Part shown: positions 1 through 11,234 of the stretch, piece after piece
Position numbering within the stretch: the stretch's first letter is position 1
Layout: the number at the start of each line of letters is the position of its first letter
NCBI GenBank assembly: GCA_009693105.1
Contig: SHXV01000001.1
Coordinates: 1-61,298, forward strand
Origin: Dehalococcoidia bacterium
GTDB taxonomy: Bacteria; Chloroflexota; Dehalococcoidia; SHXV01
Length of the DNA stretch: 61,298 bases
Direction: 5' to 3'
The notes under the pieces: model-generated
What the model was told of the DNA's origin: nothing
Database searches by the model: none
What the model saw: the letters and a program-made list of their open reading frames with translations, nothing else
Position numbers and translations under genes: made by a program

Positions 1-1
1 G

Positions 2-442
2 GGTGAGCCGGCGTTTGACGTGTCGACGGTGGAGGCGGAGCGGGAAGGACCATCCTATACCGCGGAGACGTTGGCGGCGATGGCCGCTTCCGGGGATGAG
101 CTGTTCCTCATCCTGGGGGCCGATTCCGCCGCTGACCTGCCGAACTGGAAGGCGCCGGAGGAGATCGCGCGGCTGGCCCACGTCGCGGTGGCGCTGCGTC
201 CGGGCTGGGATGATGCGGCGGTGAATAAGGCCGCCGCCGCTGTGGCGGGGCTGGCGGAGCGGCTCATCTTTTTCCCCATGTCCCTGATCGCGGTGAGCGG
301 GACGGAGTTGCGGGCGCGCTGTAGGGAGGGGCGATCGCCCCGGTACTACACGCCGGACGCGGTGGCACGCTACATTGTGGAGGGCCGCCTCTACCCGCCG
401 GGCGGGAGCGATGGCCCGGGCCTCCATCCCCACCACGACTAG
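2..442 (+). CDS. nadD: nicotinate-nucleotide adenylyltransferase, C-terminal part (5' end lies outside window)
   Basis: Frame is open from nt 2. '..REGPSYTAETL..LILGADSAADLPNWK..IAVSGTELR' resembles the NadD C-terminal motifs. Confidence 0.8.
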   Translation, partial: GEPAFDVSTVEAEREGPSYTAETLAAMAASGDELFLILGADSAADLPNWKAPEEIARLAHVAVALRPGWDDAAVNKAAAAVAGLAERLIFFPMSLIAVSGTELRARCREGRSPRYYTPDAVARYIVEGRLYPPGGSDGPGLHPHHD

Positions 443-1119
443 AGGACGAGGCGAACGGCGACCCGCGGGATGGGGGGCCAGAGGAACGGCCCCGGATCGA
501 TCCGCTCCACGTAGCTGAAGCCGGCGTCCATGGCGGCGGAGGCGATGACGTGGAAGGCGCGCAGGTGAGCACCGCGGACCCCTCCCCGTTCCAGCACCCA
601 GCGGTTCCAGCGGTTGAGCAAGGTGGAGGAGCGGGGCGCGAACTCCCACGCCACGCATGACCCTCCCGTGCGCAGGACCCGGCGCACTTCCAGCAGATCG
701 TGCAGGAAGGTGCGGTCGTCCAGGTGCTTCCACACGTGGGCGGCGATGACGAAATCGAACGATTCATCGGCGAAGGGGAGGGCGCTGGCGGAGGTGGCGA
801 CCAGCGCCACCGGCGCCGCCGGGTCCGCCAGCGCGCGGGCCAGCCGGAGCATCGTCCGCGAGATGTCCATCGCCACGGGTGGTTGGGTAAACCCCACGCT
901 GCGTTGCAGGTAACGGGCGAGCGTGCCCTCCCCGCACCCCAGGTCCAGCAGCCGGTGCTCCGGTTGCAGCGCCAGCGTCTCCACCAGGGCAAGCACGGGC
1001 GTATTGGCCACGAACAGCCCCAGCGGGCCCATCAGCCAGCGCATGTGGCGGGAGATGGGGCCGTTGCCGGAGAGCCAGCGATCGTAGGCGCGCGCAGTTT
1101 CGCGCTCATCCCAGAGCAT
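439..1119 (-). CDS. class I SAM-dependent methyltransferase
   Basis: 226-aa ORF with the SAM-binding motif I 'LLDLGCGEGTL' and an acidic loop 'AMDIS'. It lies downstream of gyrB on the same strand. Confidence 0.75.
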   Translation of the reverse strand: MLWDERETARAYDRWLSGNGPISRHMRWLMGPLGLFVANTPVLALVETLALQPEHRLLDLGCGEGTLARYLQRSVGFTQPPVAMDISRTMLRLARALADPAAPVALVATSASALPFADESFDFVIAAHVWKHLDDRTFLHDLLEVRRVLRTGGSCVAWEFAPRSSTLLNRWNRWVLERGGVRGAHLRAFHVIASAAMDAGFSYVERIDPGPFLWPPIPRVAVRLVL

Positions 1120-1147
1120 GGGGCCATTGTACGCGGTAGACGGTGGG

Positions 1148-1567
1148 TTAGAGGCGGTAGGTCAGCCGGATCTCCGCCTCGCGTTCGCCCGCCCAGCGGG
1201 CCATTGCCTCCAGCTCCGCCAGCAGGGGGGCCAACGCCGGGAAGTCTTTCGTGCTGGCGTCAAGCTGGAGGTCGCCGGAGGAGAGCGTCGCGCTCACGGC
1301 GGCCGCCGTCTCCGCCAGGGGGGCGGCCGGCTGCCATATCCGCTCCAGCTCCTCCGTGTCGTCGTCATCGGCGGCGGCAAAGCGAAGGAGGGTGCGCATC
1401 CGTAGCTTGTATTTGTGGCGCATCACCGTGGTGGCCAGCGAAAGCTCATGCTGCGAGCCGAACTGCTCCACGGCGGCGAAGGAAAGGAACCAGACCAGAT
1501 CGCTGCTGTCCCCGCTGAAGCGCAGGGGGCAGGGCTCCGGCCGTGTTTCTACGATGAGGGTGGCCAT
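1148..1567 (-). CDS. hypothetical protein (139 aa), tightly linked to gyrB
   Basis: The start codon is 3 nt after the gyrB stop. No family recognised; acidic and Ala-rich. Confidence 0.5.
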   Translation of the reverse strand: MATLIVETRPEPCPLRFSGDSSDLVWFLSFAAVEQFGSQHELSLATTVMRHKYKLRMRTLLRFAAADDDDTEELERIWQPAAPLAETAAAVSATLSSGDLQLDASTKDFPALAPLLAELEAMARWAGEREAEIRLTYRL

Positions 1568-1570
1568 GGA

Positions 1571-3499
<1,929 letters not shown>

Positions 3500-3521
3500 C
3501 TAAGAGAAACGGAGGTGCGGC

Positions 3522-3992
3522 ATGGGACTCGGGTGGAGGAAAGTATCGGTGGAGGCGCCGGCTCCGGCCCCATACAGGGACATCGGCCACGTCCGGCATG
3601 CTCCCTCACGTGTCCCCGCCGATTGGGCCGCTATCGATTCTGAGCTCGCCCTCAGCGATGACTGCGTTCCCGCCTTGCGCGGGCTCGCCGATTACTCGCA
3701 CATCTGGGTGCTGTTCGCCCTCCACGAGGTCGGCGACGACGGGCGGGACGTGCGGACGCAGTCCCCGCCCGCTGCGCCGGGGGAGATCGGCGTGTTCGCC
3801 CTGCGAACGCAGGCGCGCCCCAACCCCATCGGGATGACGGTGGTGCGGCTGCGGGGGATAGATGGCGCCACGGTGCGGGTGCGCGGGCTAGATGCGCTGG
3901 AGGGCACGCCGGTGCTCGATATCAAGCCGTACATCCCGTATTACGACAGCGTCCCTGACGCACGGGCGCCCGCGTGGATCGGCCAGCCCTGA
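3522..3992 (+). CDS. TsaA/TrmO-like tRNA methyltransferase (YaeB family)
   Basis: 'SHIWVLFALHEV', 'RPNPIGMTVVRL' and 'LDALEGTPVLDIKPYIPYYD' are typical of the YaeB/TrmO fold. Confidence 0.8.
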   Translation: MGLGWRKVSVEAPAPAPYRDIGHVRHAPSRVPADWAAIDSELALSDDCVPALRGLADYSHIWVLFALHEVGDDGRDVRTQSPPAAPGEIGVFALRTQARPNPIGMTVVRLRGIDGATVRVRGLDALEGTPVLDIKPYIPYYDSVPDARAPAWIGQP

Positions 3993-4660
3993 CGGCGGGG
4001 AAGGTCTACGATCGCCTGCTCGCGGTGTATGGCCCCCAGGGCTGGTGGCCGGGCGGGCACGACGCGTTCGAGGTCATCGTGGGGGCGGTCCTGACCCAGA
4101 ACACGGCGTGGACCCACGTGGAGCGGGCGCTGGCGGCGCTGCGAGGGGCCGGCGTGCTGTCCCCGGAGCGGATGAGCGGGCTGGGGGAGCCGGAACTCGC
4201 GGAGCTGATCCGTCCCTCCGGCACCTTCCGGGTGAAGGCGCGCCGGCTGCGGGCGTTCCTGGACATGCTCTACGCCCACTTCGATGGTGACCTCGCGGCG
4301 CTGCTGGCGCTCCCGGTAGGCGCCCTGCGAAAGACGCTGCTGGCGGTGCCGGGCATTGGCCCGGAGACGGCCGACGCCATCGCCCTCTACGCGGCGGGCA
4401 AGACGGCGTTCGTCATCGACGCCTACACCCGCCGCATCGTCGATCGGCTTGGCCTCGCGCCGATCGAGCGCAGCTACGGGGACTACCGCGCGTTGTTCAC
4501 CTCTGCGCTTCCGGCGGACGCGGCGCTTTACAACGAGTACCACGCCCTGCTGGTGGAGCACGGCAAGCGCCGCTGCACCAGGCGCGCGCCCCGCTGCTGC
4601 GGCTGCCCGCTGGTGGACGGCTGCGCCTACGCCCGGTCATCCGGCGCGGCGATGCTATGA
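3974..4660 (+). CDS. endonuclease III-related HhH-GPD DNA glycosylase domain protein
   Basis: 'VIVGAVLTQNTAW', helix-hairpin-helix 'LLAVPGIGPETADAIALYA', and a C-terminal Cys cluster 'CTRRAPRCCGCPLVDGC' (a 4Fe-4S type loop). Confidence 0.8.
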   Translation: MDRPALTAGKVYDRLLAVYGPQGWWPGGHDAFEVIVGAVLTQNTAWTHVERALAALRGAGVLSPERMSGLGEPELAELIRPSGTFRVKARRLRAFLDMLYAHFDGDLAALLALPVGALRKTLLAVPGIGPETADAIALYAAGKTAFVIDAYTRRIVDRLGLAPIERSYGDYRALFTSALPADAALYNEYHALLVEHGKRRCTRRAPRCCGCPLVDGCAYARSSGAAML

Positions 4661-4667
4661 TGACGGC

Positions 4668-5774
4668 ATGCAGGTAGGAATCATCGGGCTCGCCCGCTCC
4701 GGCAAAACGACGGTGTTCAACGCGGTGACGCGTGGGCAGGCGGCCACCGGCGCCTACAGCGCTTCCACGGAGCCGAACATCGGGGTGGTCAAGGTGCCGG
4801 ATGAGCGGCTAGATCGGCTCTCCGCCCTTTTCAAGCCGAAGAAGCACACGCCCGCCGACATCCATTATGTCGATTTTCCCGGCGCAGGCACGGCCTTCGG
4901 CAAGGGCAGCACCGGGCCAGGTTCGCGCTTCCTCGCCGACCTCGGCCGCTGCGACGCGCTTATTCATGCGGTGCACGCCTTCGACGATCCGGCCGTTCCC
5001 CACCCGGAGGAGACGGTCGATCCGAAGCGGGACATCGCGGCGATGGAGCTGGAGCTCGCCTTCGCCGATCTCGCCCTGATCGAGAAGCGGGTGGAGCGCA
5101 TCCAGTCGGAGATGAAGTCGATCAAGGCGTCCGAACGCGGGGAGGCGGAGCGTGAGCTGACGTTGCTGCGCCGGATGCAGGCGGGCATCGAATCAGAGGT
5201 GCCCCTGCGCACCCAACCGTTCACGGACGATGAGCGGAAGCTCTTGTCCGCCTACCAGTTCCTTACTCTGAAGCCGCTGCTCGTCGTCCTCAACGTGGGG
5301 GACGACGCCGCCGGCCGCACGCGGGAGATGGAGGCGGAGATTCGCGGGGAAGGGATGCCGCTCAACACGGAGGTCGCGGCGCTGGCCGGGAAGCTGGAGG
5401 AGGAGCTGGCGCGCCTGCCGGAAGAAGAGGCGGACCAGTTCCGCCGCGAGCTCGGCCTGGCGGATGAAGAATCGTCCCTGGCCCGCATGATCCTGCTCTC
5501 CTACGCCCTCGTCGGCCTTATCTCCTTCTTCACTGCCGGGGAGGACGAATGCCGCGCCTGGACCGTCCGTGACGGGGCGCTGGCGCCGGAGGCGGCGGGG
5601 AAGATCCACAGCGACCTGGAGCGCGGCTTCATCCGGGCGGAGGTCGTGCGCTGGGACGACCTGCTGGAGGCGGGCTCGATCGCCGAGGCGCGCAAGCGGG
5701 CGAAGCTCCGGGTTGAAGGCAAGCTGTATCGGGTCCAGGATGGGGACGTCATGAACATTCTGTTCAACGTCTGA
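4668..5774 (+). CDS. ychF: redox-regulated ATPase YchF
   Basis: Starts 'MQVGIIGLARSGKTTVFNA' (P-loop) and ends with the TGS-like C-terminus 'RVEGKLYRVQDGDVMNILFNV'. The long ORF-track extension from 4356 is rejected because it overlaps the previous gene. Confidence 0.93.
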   Translation: MQVGIIGLARSGKTTVFNAVTRGQAATGAYSASTEPNIGVVKVPDERLDRLSALFKPKKHTPADIHYVDFPGAGTAFGKGSTGPGSRFLADLGRCDALIHAVHAFDDPAVPHPEETVDPKRDIAAMELELAFADLALIEKRVERIQSEMKSIKASERGEAERELTLLRRMQAGIESEVPLRTQPFTDDERKLLSAYQFLTLKPLLVVLNVGDDAAGRTREMEAEIRGEGMPLNTEVAALAGKLEEELARLPEEEADQFRRELGLADEESSLARMILLSYALVGLISFFTAGEDECRAWTVRDGALAPEAAGKIHSDLERGFIRAEVVRWDDLLEAGSIAEARKRAKLRVEGKLYRVQDGDVMNILFNV

Positions 5775-5776
5775 CG

Positions 5777-6631
5777 ATGATGCCTGATTCCACCATTGCG
5801 ATTACGCAGGCGGTGCTCCGCGCCCTGGAAGGGGGCGAGGCCGTCGCCACCGCCACCGTCATCGCCCGGCCGGAGGGCGCTGCCGGCCCCGACGTGAGCG
5901 CCCGCCTGCTGGTGCGTGCCGAAGGCGAGGGGCTGGGCTCGCTGGGGGGCGGCCCGCTGGAGGACGGCGCCCGCGCCGCGGCGCTGGAGGCGCTGCGCGA
6001 TCGGATCAGCCACACCGTGTGGCTGCACCCGGACGGGACGCCGGCGCAGCGCGCCGATCCGTCCGCCTACCAGGTGCTGATCGAAGCCATCGCCGCGCCG
6101 GAGACCTTGCTGATCGTCGGGGGCGGACATATCGGGCTATCGCTCGCCACCATCGGGGAGCACCTGGGCTTCTCCGTGGCCGTGATCGATGAACGGCCGG
6201 AGTACGCCAGCCCGGAGCGCTTTCCCATGGCCGATCAGGCTATTTGTGGCGAGTTCGATGAGGAAGTGCGCCGCTTTCCCATCGGCGCGGACACGTACGT
6301 GGTCATCGTAACGCGGGGCCACCGCCAGGATGAGACGGCGCTGCGAGAGGCCGTGGGCCGGGGCGCGCGCTATGTGGGCATGATCGGCAGCCGGCGGCGT
6401 GTGGGCGCGGTGCTGCGTCACCTGGTGGCAGACGGAGTCCCCCCTTATGAACTGGAGCGGGTGCACACGCCCATCGGGCTGGACATCGGGGCGGAGACGC
6501 CAGCGGAGATCGCCGTCAGCATCATCGCGGAGATCATCCAACTCCAACGTGGCGGTAGCGGCAGGCCGATGCGGGAGCGTCGGGCCAAGTTGCCGACGGC
6601 GGACGCCGACGCAGTAGCCGACGCTGAATGA
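5777..6631 (+). CDS. XdhC/CoxI family accessory protein (N-terminal XdhC_CoxI domain plus Rossmann-like XdhC_C)
   Basis: 'LLIVGGGHIGLSLATIGEHLGFSVAVIDERPEY' and 'VVIVTRGHRQDETAL..YVGMIGSRRR' match the family. Confidence 0.8.
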   Translation: MMPDSTIAITQAVLRALEGGEAVATATVIARPEGAAGPDVSARLLVRAEGEGLGSLGGGPLEDGARAAALEALRDRISHTVWLHPDGTPAQRADPSAYQVLIEAIAAPETLLIVGGGHIGLSLATIGEHLGFSVAVIDERPEYASPERFPMADQAICGEFDEEVRRFPIGADTYVVIVTRGHRQDETALREAVGRGARYVGMIGSRRRVGAVLRHLVADGVPPYELERVHTPIGLDIGAETPAEIAVSIIAEIIQLQRGGSGRPMRERRAKLPTADADAVADAE

Positions 6632-6673
6632 CGCGCCGTTGAAGCGGCGGAGCGCCCGGCGTATCATGGCTGT

Positions 6674-7015
6674 ATGAATGACGTGTATGAGGCTCTGGCC
6701 CGGGCGATCCGTACCGGTGAGCGCGTGGCGGTAGCGACGGTGGCGCATACGCGCGGGTCCACCCCCCGCCGCGCCGGGGCGAAGATGCTGATCCGGGCGG
6801 ACGGCTCCTTTTGCGGCACCATTGGCGGCGGGTGTGGGGAGGCGGAAGTGCGGATCGAGGCGATGGCGATCGTGCAGGGTGGGGCGGCGCGCGTGGTGAC
6901 GGTCGACCTGACGAACGAGATCGACGGCCCGGACAAGATCTGCGGCGGGGTGATGGAGGTCTACATCGAGCCCGTGGACCCTTTTCTGCGCGTGGACAAC
7001 GCCGGGACCGCGTGA
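6674..7015 (+). CDS. XdhC_CoxI-domain-only protein
   Basis: 'VAVATVAHTRGSTPRRAGAKMLIRADGSFCGTIGGGCGEAEV' is the XdhC N-terminal domain signature. Confidence 0.75.
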   Translation: MNDVYEALARAIRTGERVAVATVAHTRGSTPRRAGAKMLIRADGSFCGTIGGGCGEAEVRIEAMAIVQGGAARVVTVDLTNEIDGPDKICGGVMEVYIEPVDPFLRVDNAGTA

Positions 7016-7068
7016 TAGGCTAACGCTCTGTCGGAAGGTCCCCGCGGAGTGAGCGGGAGGAGGGGTAC

Positions 7069-7278
7069 ATGCCAAATCTCGGTGTTCCTGAGTTACTGAT
7101 TATCCTGGTCGTTATAATCGTGATCTTCGGGGTAGGCAAGCTGCCGGAGATCGGCGGCGCCCTTGGCCGCGGCATCAAGGAGTTCCGCTCCGCGTCCAAG
7201 GACGGGGAAGCGGTGCAGATGAACAGCCAGGCGCAGCCGGCCCCAAAGCCGGAGAACACGGACCAAAAGAGCGGCTAG
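7069..7278 (+). CDS. tatA: twin-arginine translocase TatA/E family subunit
   Basis: 'GVPELLIILVVIIVIFGVGKLPEIGGALGRGIKEFR' is the canonical TatA transmembrane helix plus amphipathic helix. Confidence 0.93.
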   Translation: MPNLGVPELLIILVVIIVIFGVGKLPEIGGALGRGIKEFRSASKDGEAVQMNSQAQPAPKPENTDQKSG

Positions 7279-7383
7279 TCCTACCCTGCCTCCTGGCCAG
7301 CCTTGAACCTCGTAGCCCGTAGATTGATCACAACGTGAGACGCCGGGTCGTTGACCCGGCCTCGCTATTTCTGGTGAGCGCAT

Positions 7384-8136
7384 ATGGCGATCCGCGCCGT
7401 CATCTTCGACCTGTGGCAAACGCTGATCCTCGATACACCGGAGGTGCAGCAAAAGCGGCGGGAACTCCGCACGGGGGAGATCGGCCGGACGCTGGCCCTC
7501 GCGGGCTTCCCCGCCGACCGCGCCCAGATCGAGGACGCGTTCCTGACGAACGTGCGCGCCTGCTCCGCCCGGCGGGCGCGGGAGCTGGACATCTCCGGTG
7601 AAGAGCAGGTGCGCACGTTCCTCACCCATCTCGGCGCGCCGGAGACTCTGCACGAAGGCGGTGGCTTCGACGCCGTCTTTCGCGCCTATACAGAAGGCGT
7701 GGTGGATATACTGCCGACGGTTCTCGAGGGCACCGTGCCGGCGCTGCAAACGTTATGCGATGCGGGTGTGCGCATGGGGCTTATCTCCAACACCGGAAGC
7801 GCCCCCGGCCCCACCCTGCGGCGGATGCTGGAGCGGCTGGAGCTTTTGCACTACCTGGAGCCCGCGGCCCTCACCTTTTCCGATGAACTGCGCCGGTGCA
7901 AGCCGGACCCGGCCGTGTTCCATCACACGCTGGCGACGCTCAGCATCGCGGCGGAGGATGCGGTGTTCGTGGGCGATACCCCGCGGCTCGATATCGCCGG
8001 GGCGCATCGGGCGGGCATCCGCAGCGTCCTTGTCGGGGGCAAGGCGCCGGGAGAACACGTCCCCCACGCCACGATCGCCCATCTCGGCCAGCTCGCCACC
8101 GCCCTGCGCGACATCGACCCGGAGTGGGGCGGCTAG
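7384..8136 (+). CDS. HAD-superfamily hydrolase
   Basis: Motif I 'VIFDLWQTL', motif II 'ISNT', and motifs III/IV 'KPD..FVGDTPRLDIAGA'. Confidence 0.8.
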   Translation: MAIRAVIFDLWQTLILDTPEVQQKRRELRTGEIGRTLALAGFPADRAQIEDAFLTNVRACSARRARELDISGEEQVRTFLTHLGAPETLHEGGGFDAVFRAYTEGVVDILPTVLEGTVPALQTLCDAGVRMGLISNTGSAPGPTLRRMLERLELLHYLEPAALTFSDELRRCKPDPAVFHHTLATLSIAAEDAVFVGDTPRLDIAGAHRAGIRSVLVGGKAPGEHVPHATIAHLGQLATALRDIDPEWGG

Positions 8137-8187
8137 CCGGTTCCACTTTCCCGCGGAACGGGCGGACACGCCCGGTGGTATGCCTCC

Positions 8188-8214
8188 TTACCCCCCTACC
8201 GGGGGTTTATGGTA
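8188..8214. promoter_or_regulatory. putative CsoR operator (GC-rich pseudo-palindrome)
   Basis: 'TTACCCCCCTACCGGGGGTTTATGGTA': ACCCCC/GGGGGT arms followed by TATGGTA. From memory this resembles CsoR operators of the TACCC-N-GGGGTA type. It sits about 40 nt upstream of the first ORF of the cop module. Confidence 0.45.
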
Positions 8215-8253
8215 TGCTCCTCCGTGCCCCTACGCGGGGTTGGGAGGAGCGAG

Positions 8254-8532
8254 ATGAAATACACTACCCGTTCCGGCGACGTCCCCCACCAGGCCCACGT
8301 GAATTACGCATGTCCCTGTGGATGTATCGCGGGCGTTATCTACGATGCTGCCGCTCCCCCCGAGAAGCCGGGCGCTTGTTGCTGCGGGCGGCTGCTCATG
8401 GTCGGGCCGGGTGCACGGCAGCGGCTGGAATCGAGGTTGCCCGGGGACGAGGCGTTTGACCTGGACGCGGGCACGGTGAAGCTGCCCTGGGGTGAGGTCG
8501 TGGAAACGGCGCTGGCGGTGCCGCAAGAATGA
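8254..8532 (+). CDS. small Cys-rich protein (92 aa), first gene of the copper module
   Basis: A GGGAGGAG RBS lies 5 nt before the ATG at 8254. The sequence contains 'CPCGC' and 'CCCG' clusters. The stop overlaps the csoR start (ATGA). Confidence 0.6.
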   Translation: MKYTTRSGDVPHQAHVNYACPCGCIAGVIYDAAAPPEKPGACCCGRLLMVGPGARQRLESRLPGDEAFDLDAGTVKLPWGEVVETALAVPQE

Positions 8533-8840
8533 ACCACGCGATGGACGAATCCCACGCGCATCACCGCGTTCCGGTGAACACGGACACCCGCCCCCAGGTC
8601 CTTCGGCGGCTCAGCTACATCGAAGGGCATCTCCAGGGCGTGCGCCGGATGATCGAGGAAGACCGCTACTGCGTGGACGTGCTGAAGCAGACCTACGCGG
8701 TGCGCAAGGCTATCGAAAAGCTGGAGGCGCTTATCCTGGAAAACCACCTCAACGGATGCGTTGTTCAGGGGATCAAAGAGGGCCACGAAGGCGAAGTGGT
8801 GAGCGAACTCCTGGAACTGTATGAATCGGCGGGGCGTTAG
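8529..8840 (+). CDS. csoR: CsoR-family metal-sensing transcriptional repressor
   Basis: 'RLSYIEGHLQGVRRMIEEDRYCVDVLKQTYAVRKAIEKL..ENHLNGCV' shows the DUF156/CsoR fold with the Cys-His-Cys ligand pattern. Confidence 0.9.
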   Translation: MNHAMDESHAHHRVPVNTDTRPQVLRRLSYIEGHLQGVRRMIEEDRYCVDVLKQTYAVRKAIEKLEALILENHLNGCVVQGIKEGHEGEVVSELLELYESAGR

Positions 8841-8858
8841 CTCTAACGCCCCCAACAG

Positions 8859-11183
8859 GTGATGGACATGGCGGTACAGACACCCCTGCCGGGGCAGGAT
8901 CTCTCCGAAGAGATGACGCTGGCGGTCGATGGCATGACCTGCGCCTCCTGCGTCATGCGGGTGGAACGCGCGCTGAAGAAGGTCCCCGGCGTTGTCGAAG
9001 CGAACGTGAACCTGGCGACCGAGCGCGCCACCGTGACGCTCCTACCGGGCACGGTCGAGCCATCGGTGCTGGTGGCGGCGGTCGCTGCCTCCGGCTACGA
9101 CGCCCGGCCGATCACGGATGAACAGCCCGGCCCGGATGTCGGCGCGGGCCACGCCGAAGATGCGCGCCGGCTGCGGGCCAGGGTACTGGTGAGCGCGGTG
9201 GTTTCGCTCCTCACCATGACCCTGATGCAGTGGCAGCGCCTGCCCCTTATCGACGCCATGCCGATGCGGGTGATGCACCCCCTCTTCTTCCTGATCGCCG
9301 CGCCGGTGCAGTTCTGGGCGGGCTGGCAGTTCTATCGCGGGGCCTGGGTCATGGCGCGGCATGGCGCCACCGATATGAACACGCTCATCGCCGTCGGCAC
9401 GACGGTAGCGTATGGCTACAGCGTCGTGGCGACGTTCGCCCCGGGGCTGTTGACGACGGGTGGCGCACCGGAGCCGCACGTGTACTACGAGACCAGCTCC
9501 GCCATCATTGCCTTCATCCTGCTCGGCCGTTACCTGGAGGCGCGGGCGAAGGGACGGACATCGGCCGCCATCACCCGGTTGCTGGGGCTGCGGGCGAAGA
9601 CGGCCCGCGTCATTCGCGACGGCGTGGAGAGCGACATCCCGGTGGAGGAAGTCCTCCCCGGCGATATCGTGCTGGTGCGGCCGGGGGAGAAGATCCCGGT
9701 GGATGGCGAGGTGGTGGAGGGGCGCTCCGCCATCGATGAATCCATGCTGACCGGCGAGAGCGTCCCCGTGGAGAAGGGGCCGGGCGACGCGGTGTACGGC
9801 GCCACCCTGAATCGCACCGGGGCTTTCCGCTACCGCGCCACGCGCCTGGGGGCGGACAGCGCCCTGGCCCAGATCGTGCGGTTGGTGGAGCGGGCGCAGG
9901 GCTCCAAGGCGCCCATCCAGCGGCTGGCGGACGTGGTCTCCGGCTACTTCGTGCCCGTGGTCATCGTCATCGCCATCGTCGATTTCGTCCTCTGGCTCTG
10001 GCTGGGTCCGGAGCCTGCTCTGCAGTATGCCGTGCTTAACGCCGTGGCGGTGCTGATCATCGCCTGTCCCTGCGCCCTGGGGCTGGCAACACCCACGGCG
10101 ATCATGGTAGGGACGGGCAAGGGAGCGGAGCACGGGCTGTTGGTGCGCGGCGGCGAAGCGCTGGAACAGGCGCACCGGATCACCACCGTCGTGTTGGACA
10201 AGACGGGCACGGTGACCCTGGGCAAGCCCCGCCTGACCGATGTCGTCACGCTGGGGGATATCGACGAAGGTGAGCTGCTGCGTCTGGCCGCCAGCGCGGA
10301 ACGGGGCTCCGAGCACCCGCTTGCCCACGCGATCATCGATGGCGCGCAGGAACGCGGGCTCACGCTGGCGGAGCCGCTGGAGTTCCACGCTCTTCCCGGG
10401 CACGGCATCGAAACCGTGGTGGAGAATCGCCACCTGGTCATCGGCAACGCCCGGCTTATGGGGGAGCGCGCGCTTGCTTTGGAGCGGGCGGTGGAGCTGG
10501 GAGGGGGAATCGAGGCGCAGGGGCGGACGGCGATGTACGTCGCCATCGACGGCCGGCTGGCCGGCATCCTCGGTGTGGCGGACACGGTGAAGGCGGGGTC
10601 GGCGGCGGCCATCGATCGGCTGCGGCGGATGGGGCTGACGGTCGTCCTCCTTTCCGGCGATAACCGGGCGACAGCGGAAGCCATCGGCAAGGAAGTGGGC
10701 GTCGACCGCGTCATGGCGGAAGTGCTGCCGGAAGCGAAGGTGGATGAGGTGCGCCGGCTGCAGGAAGTGGGTGAGGTGGTGGCCATGGTGGGGGACGGCA
10801 TCAACGACGCGCCTGCCCTCGCCCAGGCCGATGTCGGCATCGCCATCGGCACCGGCGCCGATGTCGCCATCGAAGCGGCGGACATCACCCTGATCCGCGG
10901 CGATCTGGCGGGCGTCCCCGCGGCGATCCGGCTGAGCCGCGCCACGATCGGGACGATACGGCAGAATCTGTTCTGGGCCTTCTTCTACAACGTGGCGCTC
11001 ATCCCCGTCGCCGCGGGGGCGCTGTACCCGCTGCTCTCCCACGGCGTGCCGGAGAGCCTGCGCTGGGCGCTGGGCGACCATGGATTCCTCAACCCGGTGC
11101 TGGCGGCAGCGGCGATGGCCTCCAGCTCGATCACGGTCATGCTGAACTCGCTGCGCTTGCGTCGGTTCACGCCGGAGGGCTAG
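8859..11183 (+). CDS. copA: copper-translocating P1B-type ATPase
   Basis: N-terminal HMA '[12 protein letters not shown]', TM6 '[10 protein letters not shown]', phosphorylation site 'DKTGTVT', and '[12 protein letters not shown]'. Confidence 0.96.
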   Translation: MMDMAVQTPLPGQDLSEEMTLAVDGMTCASCVMRVERALKKVPGVVEANVNLATERATVTLLPGTVEPSVLVAAVAASGYDARPITDEQPGPDVGAGHAEDARRLRARVLVSAVVSLLTMTLMQWQRLPLIDAMPMRVMHPLFFLIAAPVQFWAGWQFYRGAWVMARHGATDMNTLIAVGTTVAYGYSVVATFAPGLLTTGGAPEPHVYYETSSAIIAFILLGRYLEARAKGRTSAAITRLLGLRAKTARVIRDGVESDIPVEEVLPGDIVLVRPGEKIPVDGEVVEGRSAIDESMLTGESVPVEKGPGDAVYGATLNRTGAFRYRATRLGADSALAQIVRLVERAQGSKAPIQRLADVVSGYFVPVVIVIAIVDFVLWLWLGPEPALQYAVLNAVAVLIIACPCALGLATPTAIMVGTGKGAEHGLLVRGGEALEQAHRITTVVLDKTGTVTLGKPRLTDVVTLGDIDEGELLRLAASAERGSEHPLAHAIIDGAQERGLTLAEPLEFHALPGHGIETVVENRHLVIGNARLMGERALALERAVELGGGIEAQGRTAMYVAIDGRLAGILGVADTVKAGSAAAIDRLRRMGLTVVLLSGDNRATAEAIGKEVGVDRVMAEVLPEAKVDEVRRLQEVGEVVAMVGDGINDAPALAQADVGIAIGTGADVAIEAADITLIRGDLAGVPAAIRLSRATIGTIRQNLFWAFFYNVALIPVAAGALYPLLSHGVPESLRWALGDHGFLNPVLAAAAMASSSITVMLNSLRLRRFTPEG

Positions 11184-11234
11184 CATAATTATGTATCGCG
11201 ATCGTTTTCAGCCGGTCGCGCGGGGGTTACGAGG

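Noticed and set aside
4356-4667. 104-codon N-terminal extension of ychF in the ORF track.
   Set aside because: The extension is Arg/Ser/Thr/Ala low complexity and lies entirely inside the endonuclease III-like gene. YchF orthologues begin at the P-loop segment MxVGIIG.
5777-7015. The XdhC pair as a marker of a nearby molybdo-enzyme (xanthine or CO dehydrogenase) operon.
   Set aside because: No xdh or cox structural genes occur in the window, so nothing more than the family assignment can be supported.
9042-11186. 714-aa ORF antisense to copA. Similar long antisense or off-frame ORFs include 23907-25772, 27909-29222, 30477-31799, 34030-35466, 59231-60199 and 6137-7075.
   Set aside because: Such ORFs are typical of high-GC DNA, where stop codons are rare in non-coding frames. 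Their products are Arg/Pro/Gly/Ala-rich with no motifs. The opposite or other frame carries an unmistakable conserved protein in each case.
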